A stretch of DNA of 64,000 bases from a virus (taxonomy: Duplodnaviria > Caudoviricetes). Positions 18,681 to 28,503 of this stretch are shown piece by piece. Both the position numbers and the translations under genes were made by a program. The notes beneath the pieces were generated by a model. It saw only the letters and a program-made list of their open reading frames with translations. It made no database searches and had not been told where the DNA came from. The stretch lies in the IMG/VR virus record IMGVR_UViG_3300033073_001074, positions 11,575-75,574 of that record. One strand, given 5' to 3'. Positions within the stretch are counted from its first letter, which is position 1; the number at the start of each line of letters is the position of its first letter.

Positions 18681-19055
18681 ATGGAAGAAGGAATGTATTT
18701 ACAAGCGTTGATGGTGCAGGATAATAAATTTTTTGCCGTAGCGCTAGATCCTGAGCAGTATGAGAAGATTGTAGATAAGGATAGACACCACTTTGAGAAT
18801 ATTAAAGAGGGTGAAACTATCATTATTGAGATTATCAAGAATGGTGAGGGGTTGTCAAATGAAGTCTATCAAAAAAGTGATGGCGGATTTGCGATTACAC
18901 CAAACTATGCAGAGGAATTAGTTCCCAGTAATTCAAAACTCTTTATTCTTGCGTCAAATCAAAAAGTAGCATTAGAAAATTTTTGCAACGGATTAAACTT
19001 CGCAGAAAGTTTTATCAATGCATCAAATTCAACAGATATTAATTTAAATCTATAA
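18681..19055 (+). CDS. Hypothetical protein
   Basis: 124-aa acidic ORF. Confidence 0.65.
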   Translation: MEEGMYLQALMVQDNKFFAVALDPEQYEKIVDKDRHHFENIKEGETIIIEIIKNGEGLSNEVYQKSDGGFAITPNYAEELVPSNSKLFILASNQKVALENFCNGLNFAESFINASNSTDINLNL

Positions 19056-19068
19056 GAAAGAGAATATA

Positions 19069-19290
19069 ATGAACACTCTAGCCTTTTTAGCATCATCAGT
19101 AGTTAGTCAACTTTTTGTAGTAAATCCCTATGTTCCAGTTGTAGTACAGCAACCTCAACAAGTTGTTGTGCCTTATGTAGTTCAACAACCTCAATATATT
19201 GTTGTTCCACGACCAGTTTATGTACCAGTGCAGGTTCCGGTTTATCAACCTGTATATTACCCATATCCAATTTACAGAATTTACCCTTGA
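19069..19290 (+). CDS. Pro/Val/Tyr/Gln-rich low-complexity peptide
   Basis: 73 aa, e.g. PYVPVVVQQPQQVVVPYVVQQPQYIVVPRPVYVPVQVPVYQPVYYPYP. Confidence 0.6.
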   Translation: MNTLAFLASSVVSQLFVVNPYVPVVVQQPQQVVVPYVVQQPQYIVVPRPVYVPVQVPVYQPVYYPYPIYRIYP

Positions 19291-19300
19291 GGATTATAAA

Positions 19301-19678
19301 ATGAGCGAAAAGAATCCACTAAATGCATACAATCATTTTGAAGCAATTAAAAATGCAGTTGCTCAGCTTGAAACAATTCATGTTTATGAAGTAAATGCAA
19401 GAACATATGGAGATGCAGATACCCCATCTCTTAAAGCAGAAATTGCTGATCTGGATAAGAAAATTCTTGAGTATGAATTGCAATTAGCTGAGCTACAGAG
19501 ATATACTGAAGAACTAGAAAGAACTAATAAAATTCTATTGAATGCAAATAATACTCTTATTGAAATTAATAAAGGTTTGAGTCAAAATCACGAGTCTATT
19601 CAAGATACAGCAGAAAGACTTTCTGACGCATACAACAAACTGCCGCGAATTGTAAAAAAACTATATGGAGTAAAATAA
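19301..19678 (+). CDS. Coiled-coil hypothetical protein
   Basis: Heptad pattern; ATG 19301 after SD GAGG. Confidence 0.7.
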   Translation: MSEKNPLNAYNHFEAIKNAVAQLETIHVYEVNARTYGDADTPSLKAEIADLDKKILEYELQLAELQRYTEELERTNKILLNANNTLIEINKGLSQNHESIQDTAERLSDAYNKLPRIVKKLYGVK

Positions 19679-19679
19679 A

Positions 19680-21140
19680 ATGAACCAAGCTGTACTTGAA
19701 AATTTACCAGTTGAACGAGCAGTCTTAGCTGGCATTTGCCAGTATGGCTTGGATGTATTTGTAGATATGGATTATGTACAACCTGATTTTTTCTCTCACG
19801 AGATTAATCAGGTTATATTTAGCTGTTTACAAGATATTATACAAAACAATCAAGCTGTTGAACCGCTATCTATTTTTTCTACAGCAAATAAACTTGGCGT
19901 ATATGAATTAATTAACAAGCAAACTGAAATGGGATTCATCAGATCCCTATTTAATATGCCTGTAATTAAAGAAAATGTTCCTAAGTTTACAGCCAAACTA
20001 GCCAAGTTAAAACTGGCAAGAGATATCAAGCGAGCAATTAAAAAATCTGAAAAAGAAATAGATAAGATTACTGGTGACGAAGCGATAGAAGAGATTATTT
20101 CTATTGCGGAAAAGCCTATTACCGATGTCACTGAAAGTGCTTATACTGAACATTCTAATCAGACTATGCTCGTTGGAGAAAACATAGATGAATATGTTCA
20201 ATATCTTATTGACAACCCGACTGATTATCTTGGTATTCCAACAGGACTGTCTCAATTTGACGAAGCGTGCGGTGGCGGTATTAGAAGAAAATCTATTTGT
20301 CTAATCGGTGCTAGAACAGGTGTTGGCAAGAGTGTTATTTCTACTAATGTCGCACTGCACGTAGCGGGAAAGCTAAATATACCAGTGCTATATTTAGATA
20401 CAGAAATGGATATCGGCGATCAAAGAACTCGTATGCTGGCGAATCTGAGCAATGTTAAAATTAATGATATCGCAAAGGGTAAATTTGCAAATAGTTTTAT
20501 GGCAAAAGAATCAGTAATTCGTTCAGCGAAATACCTCAAGACTATCCCATATCACTATATGTCAATTGCTGGTCAACCTTTTGATAACATTCTCAATATT
20601 ACAAAGCGATGGATTCATCAACACGTTGGGTTTGACGAGAATGGTAAAACTAAAGATTGCTTATTAATCTATGATTACTTCAAATTAATGAGCAGTGCTG
20701 GATTATCCGCAGCTATGCAAGAATATCAAGCATTAGGATTTCAAATTACTAAAATGAATGACTTCTGTATTGAATACGATATTCCTTGTTTATCTTTTGT
20801 TCAATTAAATCGTGAAGAAGACATTGCACAATCGGATAGACTATCTTGGCTTGCCACTACGGTTGCAAAGTTTCAAGTAAAAAGTGATGAAGAGATTGCC
20901 GATGATGGTGATCAACATGGAAATCGTAAAATTGTATTCTTAAAGCATCGTCACGGTACAGGCTTGGAGCCGGGTGATTATATTAATGTCAAAATGAACG
21001 GTGCTTGTGCTAAACTAGTTGAAGGATATACAAGAAATCAATTAAAGAGTGGAGCAGCAAATAATGACCAGCGGAATGAAGACCTCCCATTCGAAGAAGG
21101 AGAATATCAGCAGGGAGAAGCTATATTCGATATGCAGTGA
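19680..21140 (+). CDS. dnaB: DnaB-like replicative helicase
   Basis: ERAVLAG, GIPTGL..FD, Walker A GARTGVGKS, YLDTEM, LIYDYFKL, VQLNRE, KHRHG. Confidence 0.92.
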   Translation: MNQAVLENLPVERAVLAGICQYGLDVFVDMDYVQPDFFSHEINQVIFSCLQDIIQNNQAVEPLSIFSTANKLGVYELINKQTEMGFIRSLFNMPVIKENVPKFTAKLAKLKLARDIKRAIKKSEKEIDKITGDEAIEEIISIAEKPITDVTESAYTEHSNQTMLVGENIDEYVQYLIDNPTDYLGIPTGLSQFDEACGGGIRRKSICLIGARTGVGKSVISTNVALHVAGKLNIPVLYLDTEMDIGDQRTRMLANLSNVKINDIAKGKFANSFMAKESVIRSAKYLKTIPYHYMSIAGQPFDNILNITKRWIHQHVGFDENGKTKDCLLIYDYFKLMSSAGLSAAMQEYQALGFQITKMNDFCIEYDIPCLSFVQLNREEDIAQSDRLSWLATTVAKFQVKSDEEIADDGDQHGNRKIVFLKHRHGTGLEPGDYINVKMNGACAKLVEGYTRNQLKSGAANNDQRNEDLPFEEGEYQQGEAIFDMQ

Positions 21141-22146
21141 GCTATCGGATAAAATACCATCACTGTTAGATGCGCTCAATATACAATACATGCAGTTCGA
21201 TAATCGTATAGCATTTTCATGCCCTGCTCATGGAGGAGATAATCCTGAAGGTTCATGTATCTTTACAGAAGGAAACAAAACCAAAGGAAATTGGGTATGC
21301 TGGACGCATTCTTGTGAAAAAGACTACGGCAGAAACATTATTGGCTTTGTAAGAGGAGTTTTGTCTCATAGACAAGGCAAAGAAGCAACATTCCACTCTG
21401 CTATTAATTATTGTCTATCGTTCTTGAACAAGACTTTAGTTGATATCAAAGAAGAGAAAATCTCAGAAACTATTTATAATAATAATAAGATGATGGAAAT
21501 CGTAACTCGTACTCCTGAGCGTATATCTTTAAATATACCCAGAGAAAAGATTATTGAATCTTTAGATATTCCATCTAAATATTATATTGATAGAGGATTT
21601 AATTCGGAAACATTAAAGGTCTTTGATGTTGGAGAGTGCTATAATCCTGATAGACAAATGTATGGTAGAGCAGTTGCACCAATATATGACGAAGATTACA
21701 AATACATTGGATGTGTAGGCAGATCTCTTGATGAAAGTAATAAAAAGTATAAATGGATTAACAGTAAGGGCTTCAAAAAGTCCTGCTATCTATATGGATT
21801 ATGGATTGCAAAGAAGTTTATACAACAGACATCTACTGTTATTCTTGTAGAAGGACAGGGAGATGTATGGAGATTATATGAATCAGGAATAAAAAATTCT
21901 TTGGGTATATTTGGTGCAGATCTAAGCGAAGATCAATTAATTACTCTTGAAGAATTGGGAGCAATGAATGTCGTTATTTTAACAGACAACGACGAAGCTG
22001 GGATGAAAGCTGCAAAAGGCATTATAGATAAAGGCGGAAGACGATTCAACTATTTTGTTCCTAAAATATCAAGCAAAGATATTGGAGACATGACAGTTGA
22101 GCAAATCAATACAGAATTAAAACCTCAAATAGAAGGATTATTTTAA
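21049..22146 (+). CDS. DNA primase (zinc finger + TOPRIM)
   Basis: CPAH...CWTHSC zinc finger; VILVEGQGDVW and LTDNDEAG TOPRIM motifs. Exact start uncertain. Confidence 0.88.
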   Translation: MEQQIMTSGMKTSHSKKENISREKLYSICSELSDKIPSLLDALNIQYMQFDNRIAFSCPAHGGDNPEGSCIFTEGNKTKGNWVCWTHSCEKDYGRNIIGFVRGVLSHRQGKEATFHSAINYCLSFLNKTLVDIKEEKISETIYNNNKMMEIVTRTPERISLNIPREKIIESLDIPSKYYIDRGFNSETLKVFDVGECYNPDRQMYGRAVAPIYDEDYKYIGCVGRSLDESNKKYKWINSKGFKKSCYLYGLWIAKKFIQQTSTVILVEGQGDVWRLYESGIKNSLGIFGADLSEDQLITLEELGAMNVVILTDNDEAGMKAAKGIIDKGGRRFNYFVPKISSKDIGDMTVEQINTELKPQIEGLF

Positions 22147-22967
22147 TGACTCAAATCATTGCATTTAGTGGCAAAAAGCAATCAGGTAAGAATACACTGT
22201 CTAATTTTTTGCACGCTTATCAAATGAAGACTTGGAATATTATTCAAGGTTTTGAAATTAGTGATAAAGGTGAGCTAATTGTAGAAACATTCATGCGTGA
22301 TGAACGTGGAAAAATCGTAGAAGCAAAAGGTTTGATGGATGTAACTCGACTAGATATTGAATATGTAGTTTGGGCTATGGATAATATTTGGCCGTATGTG
22401 AAGCATTATGCGTTTGCCACTGCATTGAAAGAAGTTTTGATGAGCGTATTTAATATTGATAAAGATATTCTGTACGGTACAGATGAGCAAAAAAATACTC
22501 CTACAAAATATAAGTGGGAAGACATGCCAACAAAAGTTAAAGGCAAGTCAGGATTCATGACTGCTAGAGAATTCATGCAATATTTTGGAACGGATATTTG
22601 TCGTAAGATATATTCAGGTGTGTGGATTGATCGTGCAATTAGAGATATCGAAGCTGAACAGTCCAAGTTAGCTATTATTTCTGATGTTAGGTTTGAAGAT
22701 GAAGTGTTGGCAATACAAAATGCTGGGGGCAAAGTTATTCGATTAACAAGGTCTCTACCGGGCGAAGATGTTCATGAAAGTGAACTAGCGCTGGATAAAT
22801 ATGAAGGATTTGATGCAGTTATTGACAATGCCAATATGACAATAGAAGAATCATGTAAAGCTGTATTAGAAGTGCTTGAAAAGTGGGACTGCTTTGGTGC
22901 GCCATTATTGCCAGCCGCTCCAATTAAAGGCCCAAGAAAGCCAAGCACTACTTCAATTAAGAAATGA
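22146..22967 (+). CDS. Deoxynucleoside monophosphate kinase
   Basis: FSGKKQSGKNT, FATALKE, REFMQYFGTDICR, IISDVRFEDE, HESE. Confidence 0.88.
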   Translation: MTQIIAFSGKKQSGKNTLSNFLHAYQMKTWNIIQGFEISDKGELIVETFMRDERGKIVEAKGLMDVTRLDIEYVVWAMDNIWPYVKHYAFATALKEVLMSVFNIDKDILYGTDEQKNTPTKYKWEDMPTKVKGKSGFMTAREFMQYFGTDICRKIYSGVWIDRAIRDIEAEQSKLAIISDVRFEDEVLAIQNAGGKVIRLTRSLPGEDVHESELALDKYEGFDAVIDNANMTIEESCKAVLEVLEKWDCFGAPLLPAAPIKGPRKPSTTSIKK

Positions 22968-23995
22968 TTACTACATATTTTCGTAGCTCATCGTTAAATA
23001 ATTGGAAGTATTGCGAAATGCAGTATTTCCTTACATATGTTCTTGGATGGCAATCTCCGAGTGGAAAAAAAGCAGATCTAGGAACTATTACTCATGCGGT
23101 GTTTGAAACATTAGCAATCTGCAAAAAGAGAACACAGTTTAATAAAAGAAATACAATGAAAGTCACTCAAGAACCTTTGGGTGACTTCTCTTTTACCTAT
23201 GACCAATTATATACTGATGAGTTTGTTAATTACGTTTTAGGTAGAAGTTTTGATTATTACAAAGCAAACTGTACTCATAACACTTTTAATCAAAAAGATT
23301 ATGAATTTTGTTATAAAATGGTGTGGGATACGCTGCACTATAACAAAGGCCAATTCGATCCTAGAAATAGAAAAGTAATTGACACAGAACCTCACTTTGA
23401 CATTCCAATTAAAGAACCTTGGGCTAAATTTAGTTTTACAGGTCCGGATGGAAAAGAAATCTCTGGAAATCTTGCGATTAAAGGGACGATTGACCTTGTA
23501 ACTGAACTTCCAGATGGTACAATAGAGGTAATCGACTGGAAGACTGGACAGAGGTTGGATTGGGCTACGGGCGAAAAGAAGGACTATGAAAAGCTAATGC
23601 AAGATGTGCAACTATTACTGTATCACTATGCTATTGGCAAGTTATATCCTCAGCATCGTCATGCATTGATGACAATTTTCTTCTGTCGGGATGGTGGCCC
23701 ATTCAGTCTTGCGTTTGACGAAGAAGATGATAAAAATTTCCTTAAGACACTTGAAAAAATGTTTAAGGAGATTACAATAAATCAGAAACCTCGTCCTGTT
23801 TCTCGTGATCGTAAAAATTTCAAGTGTGAAAAACTTTGTCATTTTTACAAGACAAATTGGCCCAACACAGAAAAAACAATGTGTCATCATATTGAAGAAC
23901 AATTACATACTATTGGAATGACTAAAACAGTTGCAGAATGTTCCAGACCCGGATTCGTGATTGGAACATATAAAGACCCCGGAGCAGTAGAATGA
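22964..23995 (+). CDS. PD-(D/E)XK exonuclease (RecB/Cas4-like)
   Basis: GTITHAVFE, KGTIDLV, VIDWKTG, QLLLYHYA; N-terminal Cys plus C-terminal Cys cluster. Confidence 0.85.
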   Translation: MITTYFRSSSLNNWKYCEMQYFLTYVLGWQSPSGKKADLGTITHAVFETLAICKKRTQFNKRNTMKVTQEPLGDFSFTYDQLYTDEFVNYVLGRSFDYYKANCTHNTFNQKDYEFCYKMVWDTLHYNKGQFDPRNRKVIDTEPHFDIPIKEPWAKFSFTGPDGKEISGNLAIKGTIDLVTELPDGTIEVIDWKTGQRLDWATGEKKDYEKLMQDVQLLLYHYAIGKLYPQHRHALMTIFFCRDGGPFSLAFDEEDDKNFLKTLEKMFKEITINQKPRPVSRDRKNFKCEKLCHFYKTNWPNTEKTMCHHIEEQLHTIGMTKTVAECSRPGFVIGTYKDPGAVE

Positions 23996-25485
23996 TAATA
24001 CCAGCAATTACAACTCACTACTCTTTATTGCGTGGATTCATCAAACCCGATGAAGCTGCCAAAAAGTGTAAAGAACTTGGATATACGCATTGCTTACTTG
24101 CTGATACATCCTTAAGTGGAGTTGTAGAATTTTTTAGCTGTATGAAAAAAGAAGGTATAGTCCCCATCGTTGGTTGGAAAGCTGACGGTGGGCATTATAT
24201 CGCTAAAACTTTAGCTGGATATAAAATGCTTATCAGGCTTGTATCTGGTGAAAATATTATCTATACAGATAAAGATTTACAGTTCTATAAAGATGGAGAA
24301 CTGGGATTAATGGAGGTTTGTTATGCAAATCAGGAAGATGCTATTCTTCATAGGATCATTCTTTGTTCAGGCTTAAAGACAACATTAAAAAAAGCGAAAG
24401 ACATTGATCTTGGTGAACTTAAGAAATACTTTGATTCAGACCATTTCTTTTTTTATTCTAATGATGGGATTGTTTTACAAACTAATCAGGTTCAAGCAAA
24501 TGACAAATTAGTATCTGAGCTTCAAGATTATACTATCTTCTCTAAGCCTAAACTTCCTGTAGTGGACTGCAAAGGAAAAACAGAAGAGGAGTATATTACT
24601 CAACTTTGTCGCGAAGGATGGCAGAAGAAGTTTATGCACCTTAAAGGTGAAAAGAAGCAAGAATATGCAGACCGTGTAAAATATGAGCTTTCTATTATCA
24701 ATGGATTCGGTCTTGCTGGATATTTCTTAATCGTGCAAGATATTATTGCATATGTTAGAAATAATGGTTGGTTGCCGGGTCCGGGCCGTGGATCTGCGGG
24801 AGGTTGTCTTGTATCTTATCTTTTGGGCATTACAGAAATTGATCCAGTAAAATACGATCTTTTATTCTCAAGATTCTTGAATTCTGGACGATTTAGCAAA
24901 GACAATATTTCACTTCCTGATATTGACATGGACGTTCCATCAAATCACAGAGATGAGATTATCGAATACTTAAAGAATAAGTATGGACACAATCGTGTAT
25001 TCCAGATGATTACTTTTGGGCGATTGCAGGGACGATCAGTTATCAAAGAAGTGGCTCGTGTATATGCGGATTTATCTTTCTCAGAACTCAATGAGATTAC
25101 TGAAAGTTTGCCGCCAGAAGCAAGCATTTCTGATGAACTAGAAGAAATGGATGTTAAGTCTGTTATTATCTGGACTCTTGAAAACAAACCTGATAAACTA
25201 GCTAAATGGTGCAAATTGGTCAATGGAAAATTGACTGGTGAGTTGTCAGATATGTTCGATCTTGCTATAAGAATAGAAGGAACTTTTAAGAGTCATGGAA
25301 AACATCCGGCTGGAGTAATTATTTCTAATGATGATCTCATTAACGATGCTCCTCTAATTAAAGATAAAGATGGCAACCCTATTGTGTCATTTGAAATGCA
25401 TGACTTGGATAAAGTGGGACTAACAAAGTTTGATGTCCTTGGAGTTAATCTTTTGGATAAAATTATGGAAATTACAAATGAATGA
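23992..25485 (+). CDS. dnaE: DNA polymerase III alpha-like, N-terminal part (reduced PHP + palm)
   Basis: RVKYEL..I..FGLAGYFLIVQDII, GPGRGSAGGCLVSYLLGITEIDP, FSRFLN, LPDIDMDV, GKHPAGVIIS, GLTKFDVLG. Confidence 0.92.
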   Translation: MIIPAITTHYSLLRGFIKPDEAAKKCKELGYTHCLLADTSLSGVVEFFSCMKKEGIVPIVGWKADGGHYIAKTLAGYKMLIRLVSGENIIYTDKDLQFYKDGELGLMEVCYANQEDAILHRIILCSGLKTTLKKAKDIDLGELKKYFDSDHFFFYSNDGIVLQTNQVQANDKLVSELQDYTIFSKPKLPVVDCKGKTEEEYITQLCREGWQKKFMHLKGEKKQEYADRVKYELSIINGFGLAGYFLIVQDIIAYVRNNGWLPGPGRGSAGGCLVSYLLGITEIDPVKYDLLFSRFLNSGRFSKDNISLPDIDMDVPSNHRDEIIEYLKNKYGHNRVFQMITFGRLQGRSVIKEVARVYADLSFSELNEITESLPPEASISDELEEMDVKSVIIWTLENKPDKLAKWCKLVNGKLTGELSDMFDLAIRIEGTFKSHGKHPAGVIISNDDLINDAPLIKDKDGNPIVSFEMHDLDKVGLTKFDVLGVNLLDKIMEITNE

Positions 25486-25690
25486 TAAATTTTTAGATTA
25501 CGCAACTGTTATTAGAGACGGTAATGATATTGACTATAAAGATATTTCTTTGTCCGATCTGAGGAATCATGTTCCTTGGTATCGCGGAAAAAAGAATGGA
25601 GTTTATCAAGTTCATAGTAATTCTTTCTCTAAAATATATTACGACCTAAACGAAGCTATTGCAAAATTCTTAGAATTGAAGGGGAAATAA
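25478..25690 (+). CDS. Hypothetical protein
   Basis: 70-aa coupled ORF between dnaE-N and the exonuclease. Confidence 0.6.
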   Translation: MNDKFLDYATVIRDGNDIDYKDISLSDLRNHVPWYRGKKNGVYQVHSNSFSKIYYDLNEAIAKFLELKGK

Positions 25691-26397
25691 TGGGATTTAA
25701 TACATATCGGGATTATATCGTTTTTGACTTTGAAACAACTGGTAAAAATCCATATGGTTGTCAATTGACTCAGATTGCCGCTGTAGTCGTTCATGGCAAG
25801 AAGTTGACCCTTCAGCCCGGTGGAGTGTTCAACATCGAAGTAAGGCCCGAATTTGACGACGAGAAGGCTATTGCTGCGGGATTCGATCCGGTAGAACAAG
25901 AAGCGTTAGACATTACACGTAAAACCCGCGAGCAACTTGAAAAAGCCATTGGTCCAAAAGAAGCATGGAGTCAGTTTACAAACTTTGTAAATAAGTTTAA
26001 TGCAAAAGGTAGTCAATACTATGCACCGATTCCTGTAGGATATAACATTAATAATTTCGACTTGCCAATTGTGCATCGATATTGTAATATTTATGGTCCA
26101 AAAGATGAAAAGAGTGGCAGACAAAAGCTATTCAATCAAATCTTTAAAGTGGATATGATGGATAACATGTTTATGTGGTTTGAAGATCATAGCGATGTAC
26201 AAAAGCTAAATATGGACTATCTTCGTGATTATCTAGGATTTCCGCAAGCATCCAAGGATAATGCTCACGATGCCTTGTTTGACGTTATCGATACCGCTAA
26301 TCTATTTACTAGATTCCTAAAGTATCATAGACGACATAGCTCAGCAGCTAAATTTGAAAAATCATTTGCAAATGCCAAAATGGATATTTCATTATGA
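25690..26397 (+). CDS. DEDDh 3'-5' exonuclease (DnaQ/epsilon-like)
   Basis: VFDFETTG (ExoI), GYNINNFDLP (ExoII), AHDALFDV (ExoIII). Confidence 0.9.
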   Translation: MGFNTYRDYIVFDFETTGKNPYGCQLTQIAAVVVHGKKLTLQPGGVFNIEVRPEFDDEKAIAAGFDPVEQEALDITRKTREQLEKAIGPKEAWSQFTNFVNKFNAKGSQYYAPIPVGYNINNFDLPIVHRYCNIYGPKDEKSGRQKLFNQIFKVDMMDNMFMWFEDHSDVQKLNMDYLRDYLGFPQASKDNAHDALFDVIDTANLFTRFLKYHRRHSSAAKFEKSFANAKMDISL

Positions 26398-26609
26398 AAG
26401 TATTAGATATAAAAAAACCACAAATTTTTTATGTTGAAGTGGATGAACAAAGTCCTTGGAATTGGTACGTAAGAACCGTTGGCAAGGATAATACTGCAAC
26501 ATGGAATTATATGAACGATTATCAACTTCATATAAATGAAGAACGCGAAAAATTGCTAGAAGAAGCATACATAGATTATGTCGAAAGGACATTTAATGGC
26601 TGCGCTTAA
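26394..26609 (+). CDS. Hypothetical protein
   Basis: 71-aa coupled ORF. Confidence 0.55.
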   Translation: MKVLDIKKPQIFYVEVDEQSPWNWYVRTVGKDNTATWNYMNDYQLHINEEREKLLEEAYIDYVERTFNGCA

Positions 26610-28164
26610 TATTGATGATTTTGAAGATCAAGCAACTTGGGATTTAATTAGTAGCGGTAAAACAAAAGGTGTGTTCCAGCTAGAATCAAAACTTGGTTCT
26701 AGTTGGGCCAAACGAGTTAAGCCTCGAAATATTGAAGAACTTGCAGACTTGATCTCCATTATTAGACCGGGAACACTAGAGGCTGAAATGGAAGGCAAAT
26801 CCATGACTAAGCACTATGTTGACCGCAAATGGAAAATTGACGAAGTAAAATATATACATCCTGCTCTTGAGCCGTTACTAGGGAATACTTATGGTATTAT
26901 TGTATATCAAGAACAGGCTATGAAAATTGCAACAGCCTTAGCCGGTTTTACGCCGGAAGAGGCTGATTCTTTGCGTAAAGCTATGGGTAAAAAAGATGCA
27001 GCACTTATGAATGAAGTTGGTACAAAGTTTATCAATGGATGTAAAACAAAGGGAATTGTAGATGAGCAATCAGCAGCAACTATTTTTAACTGGATTCAGG
27101 CTTCAGCCCGATACTCATTTAACAAGAGTCACGCTGTAGCGTATGCTATTAATTCTTTTCGTTCGGCATATTGCAAAGCTCACTCGCCACTAAAATTTTA
27201 TGAAGCATATCTAAACCATGCGCATAATAAGCCAGATAAGCAAAGAGAACTTAAAGAGCTTATTATGGATGCTAAGCTAATTGGAATTGAAGTATATCCT
27301 CCTAGAATTGACAATCTCCATAGAATATTTACTCGCAATCCTGATAAGAATATTATTTATTTTGGATATAGCAATGTAAAAAGCGTTGGAGAAGGAGAGC
27401 AAGAAAAAATAGAACAGATCATAAAATCAGCCCAAGAACAACTTCGAAAATCTATAGAGAACTTTTCTTGGTTGGAGATCATGTTTTATCTAGGATGCAA
27501 AATGAAAAGAAATGCCTTCATATCTTTGATTAGTGTAGGCACTTTTTCTAGTCGAGCAAATTCAATCTCTAGAAATGCAATGCTGTTTGAATTTGACCTA
27601 TTTGACAAATTAAGCATTAAAGAACAAGAGTGGGTTATAGCAAATAATGATAACTCTTCTTTGCTACAATTAGTCAAAAGGATGATTAATGAGAATGCAA
27701 AAATTAGTGCAAAGCGAATGAAGTCCGTATTGGATATATATCAAGCTCTTGGCAATCCACCTTATTCACTAGAAGATGACTATGCGTGGATAGCAGAGAC
27801 TGAACAGAAATTAATGGGATGTGCTTTGACATGTTCTAAAGTTGATATGTCTAATACAGATGTAAATATTACATGTGCAGAAATTGCTACGGGCGAAGTC
27901 AAAGCTATGAAAAGTGCCTGCCTAGCTATTAGAGTTAATGAAGTAAAAGAATATACTCTTAAAAGAGGTCAAAATATAGGAAGGGTAATGGGATTCATTT
28001 CCGGAGAAGATAACTCAGGAGAACTTGATTCTATTACGCTGTTTTGTGATGAATTTGAGAAATTTAAAAAGTTGCTTTTTATAGGCAATACGGTATTATT
28101 ATATGGTGAGGTCCAAGAAAAGAAGGACAAATCCTTTGTCGTAAAAGAAATAGTGCAAATTTAG
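26596..28164 (+). CDS. dnaE: DNA polymerase III alpha-like, C-terminal part (fingers, HhH, OB)
   Basis: GKTKGVFQLES, IIRPG, TYGIIVYQEQAM, EADSLRKAMGKK, YSFNKSHAVAY, VKSVG, C-terminal OB fold. Confidence 0.92.
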   Translation: MAALNIDDFEDQATWDLISSGKTKGVFQLESKLGSSWAKRVKPRNIEELADLISIIRPGTLEAEMEGKSMTKHYVDRKWKIDEVKYIHPALEPLLGNTYGIIVYQEQAMKIATALAGFTPEEADSLRKAMGKKDAALMNEVGTKFINGCKTKGIVDEQSAATIFNWIQASARYSFNKSHAVAYAINSFRSAYCKAHSPLKFYEAYLNHAHNKPDKQRELKELIMDAKLIGIEVYPPRIDNLHRIFTRNPDKNIIYFGYSNVKSVGEGEQEKIEQIIKSAQEQLRKSIENFSWLEIMFYLGCKMKRNAFISLISVGTFSSRANSISRNAMLFEFDLFDKLSIKEQEWVIANNDNSSLLQLVKRMINENAKISAKRMKSVLDIYQALGNPPYSLEDDYAWIAETEQKLMGCALTCSKVDMSNTDVNITCAEIATGEVKAMKSACLAIRVNEVKEYTLKRGQNIGRVMGFISGEDNSGELDSITLFCDEFEKFKKLLFIGNTVLLYGEVQEKKDKSFVVKEIVQI

Positions 28165-28173
28165 GAGATCAGT

Positions 28174-28503
28174 ATGAATGTTTGTTGTTTTATTGGCAAA
28201 TTGGCAAATGACCCGGAACTAAGAGAAATTAATGGGACATATGTTGTTAATTTTTCTCTTGCTGTAGAGGACTATAGAAAATCTAATGATGGTGAAAAAC
28301 ATCGTCGAGTAGATTTTTTTGATTTTGAAGCGTGGGATACTGGCGCAACCACAATTGCTAAATATTTCAAGAAGGGCGATATGATGGCAATTGAAGCGGA
28401 AGCTAGGCAGCATAAGTGGACATCGAACGAACAAAAGCGTCAAAAGGTTGTTTTTCGCGTGAAGACATTTAAATCAGCAGGATGTAAAGTGGACCAAGAA
28501 TAA
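28174..28503 (+). CDS. ssb: Single-stranded DNA-binding protein
   Basis: FIGKLANDPELR, FSLAV, FFDFEAW, KYFKKGD; OB fold with a short tail. Confidence 0.92.
   Translation: MNVCCFIGKLANDPELREINGTYVVNFSLAVEDYRKSNDGEKHRRVDFFDFEAWDTGATTIAKYFKKGDMMAIEAEARQHKWTSNEQKRQKVVFRVKTFKSAGCKVDQE

Noticed and set aside
25486-26595. Intein or self-splicing intron joining the dnaE halves
   Set aside because: No intein N-terminal (C/S-x-x-x-D/G/T) or C-terminal (HN/HQ) blocks at the ends. The gap is filled by three coupled ORFs, including an intact DEDDh exonuclease, leaving no room for intron core structure.
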